A DNA stretch of 64,000 nucleotides from Minutocellus sp. GHC0000111. Its lineage: Eukaryota. The first letter of the stretch is position 1, and every line of letters starts with the position of its first letter. The position numbers were made by a program, and so were the translations under genes. Below are positions 62,721 through 64,000 of the stretch, piece by piece. The stretch spans positions 1,798,001 through 1,862,000 of the forward strand of contig OZ361258.1 of assembly GCA_977018835.1 (NCBI GenBank), read 5' to 3'. Under the pieces are notes generated by a model. That model worked only from the letters and a program-made list of their open reading frames with translations, was not told the DNA's origin and ran no database searches.

Positions 62721-63929
62721 TTACTTGTACTCACCAAGTCCATCGATCCACATGATCAATGGTGTGCCGTCCGAATAGCGAAGTGGCGTCCCCCCACGGC
62801 TGGTGATCTCGACGTACACGAAATGTTCCGCCAATCCCTCCGTGTATCGGAGGACCAGGTTGGCAAAGTCGCGGTACCTTTCCGGCCGGACTCCCACCCC
62901 GGCCTCCACCAGACCTCTCTGGGTGAGTGTCACGTACGGCCCGGCCTCGTCCGCCTCGTCGTCGAATCTGTCCTCGACGTAGGCGGTCTTGAGCCAAAAG
63001 TTGATGTCACCCAGCCCGCGGTAGTCCTCCGTCTCGTCGTGCAGCCAGGCCGCAAAGACGGCGGGATCGCACCCGTCGACGAGGCACTCGCGTACGTCTG
63101 GCTGGGATAGGAAGGCCTCGAGGGCCGTTTCGGGAGGAGCAGCGGTGGTGGATTCGTCCTCGTCACTACATGTGCTATCGTCGACGGCGTTATTATCTTC
63201 ATCAAAATCGTTACTGTCGTCACTATCGTCACTGCCGAGAGTATCATCAGCATCGTCTTCGTCACTACTGCTGCAAGTACTGACCACCTCCTCGCTCAAA
63301 GGAGGAAAAAGAGGAGGAGCATCGGCCCCGACGACGACGAACGTCTTGCTCCGCCACTCTCTGGCCAATCGGGTCCAATGCGCATTGCGATGCGGACTGG
63401 CGTCGATCGAACGCGCCAGCTCTCTCGGCAGGGTCGGGCGGAGCTCGTCGGCCAGAAGGGTTGGCAGAGCCGTCAGCGCCGCGCCGCGAAGGAAGCGGCA
63501 GAGGGGTAGGTTTCGAACTACCTCGGCCGGGGGGAGGAATGGCAGGACGAGGGGATACACGTCGAGGAACATCGAGGAGGTGCCGTCGTCGCCGTCGTCG
63601 TGCTCGTTTTCATTGTTTTGTGCATCTACTACTTTGCTCTGGGGAGGAGACCCGTGCTGGGTGATGTCGCACGCAGTGCTGCTACTAGTAGTGCAGGTAC
63701 TGCCACTTTCATGTTCAGAAATAATAGAGCCAGATGCCAATTCCAAAGAGCCTGACGAGGAATCGAAATCTGCGGATACGGACACCGTCCTCCCGGTGGT
63801 GAGGGCCTTGGGCGACGGCGCCGATAAGCTGTCGCTGGGCGTGGTATTGTCACGACATTGGGCGGGATTGTGAATGGTGGCAGCGTGCTTATCGCCCACC
63901 ACCGCCATGCGGGAAGCGCATTGGCCCAT
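62721..63929 (-). CDS. Hypothetical protein, F-box-like, N-terminal MGQCAS (myristoylation-type)
   Basis: LDVYPLVLPFLPPAEVVRNLPLCRFLR resembles an F-box; acidic linker; high-GC3 C-terminal domain. Confidence 0.65.
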   Translation of the reverse strand: MGQCASRMAVVGDKHAATIHNPAQCRDNTTPSDSLSAPSPKALTTGRTVSVSADFDSSSGSLELASGSIISEHESGSTCTTSSSTACDITQHGSPPQSKVVDAQNNENEHDDGDDGTSSMFLDVYPLVLPFLPPAEVVRNLPLCRFLRGAALTALPTLLADELRPTLPRELARSIDASPHRNAHWTRLAREWRSKTFVVVGADAPPLFPPLSEEVVSTCSSSDEDDADDTLGSDDSDDSNDFDEDNNAVDDSTCSDEDESTTAAPPETALEAFLSQPDVRECLVDGCDPAVFAAWLHDETEDYRGLGDINFWLKTAYVEDRFDDEADEAGPYVTLTQRGLVEAGVGVRPERYRDFANLVLRYTEGLAEHFVYVEITSRGGTPLRYSDGTPLIMWIDGLGEYK

Positions 63930-64000
63930 GGCGGGCAATGTGAGTTGCTGGGGCCGAAGCAGAAAAAATGAGCCAGCCCATCGCAATCGCAGCCAGGGAC

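Overview
Eukaryotic nuclear DNA, most likely from a diatom (short GT-AG introns, bipartite plastid-targeting leaders, diatom-type type II membrane LRR and FG-GAP proteins). About 18 host genes are visible: eIF2D, KAE1/OSGEP, two tandem MFS transporters, an NB-ARC (NLR-like) protein, a plastid ChuX/HutX-like protein, a tandem OsmC protein, a PA-RING-H2 ligase, two F-box-like proteins and a giant LRR / DxDxDG-repeat / LRR surface protein. Mobile DNA is dense. Two TA-targeting mariner-like DD38D/DD39D elements have mapped TIRs: one sits in an intron and carries a nested MITE, the other sits in a coding exon. There are also a hAT relic, a Gypsy relic and a 487-bp inverted duplication. The most striking signal is context-specific loss of TpA in transposon DNA: about 1.1 kb of Gypsy relic has no TAC or TAT on the + strand, paired repeat copies differ by TA versus CA/TG, and a transposase has apparent Tyr->Cys/His changes. 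This suggests a repeat-directed A:T->G:C hypermutation process. Roughly half of the host genes carry a premature stop, frameshift or insertion, which could mean regional decay or assembly error. A multi-hairpin RNA candidate lies in an MFS intron. No rRNA, tRNA or CRISPR array was recognised. All counts and alignments were made by eye.
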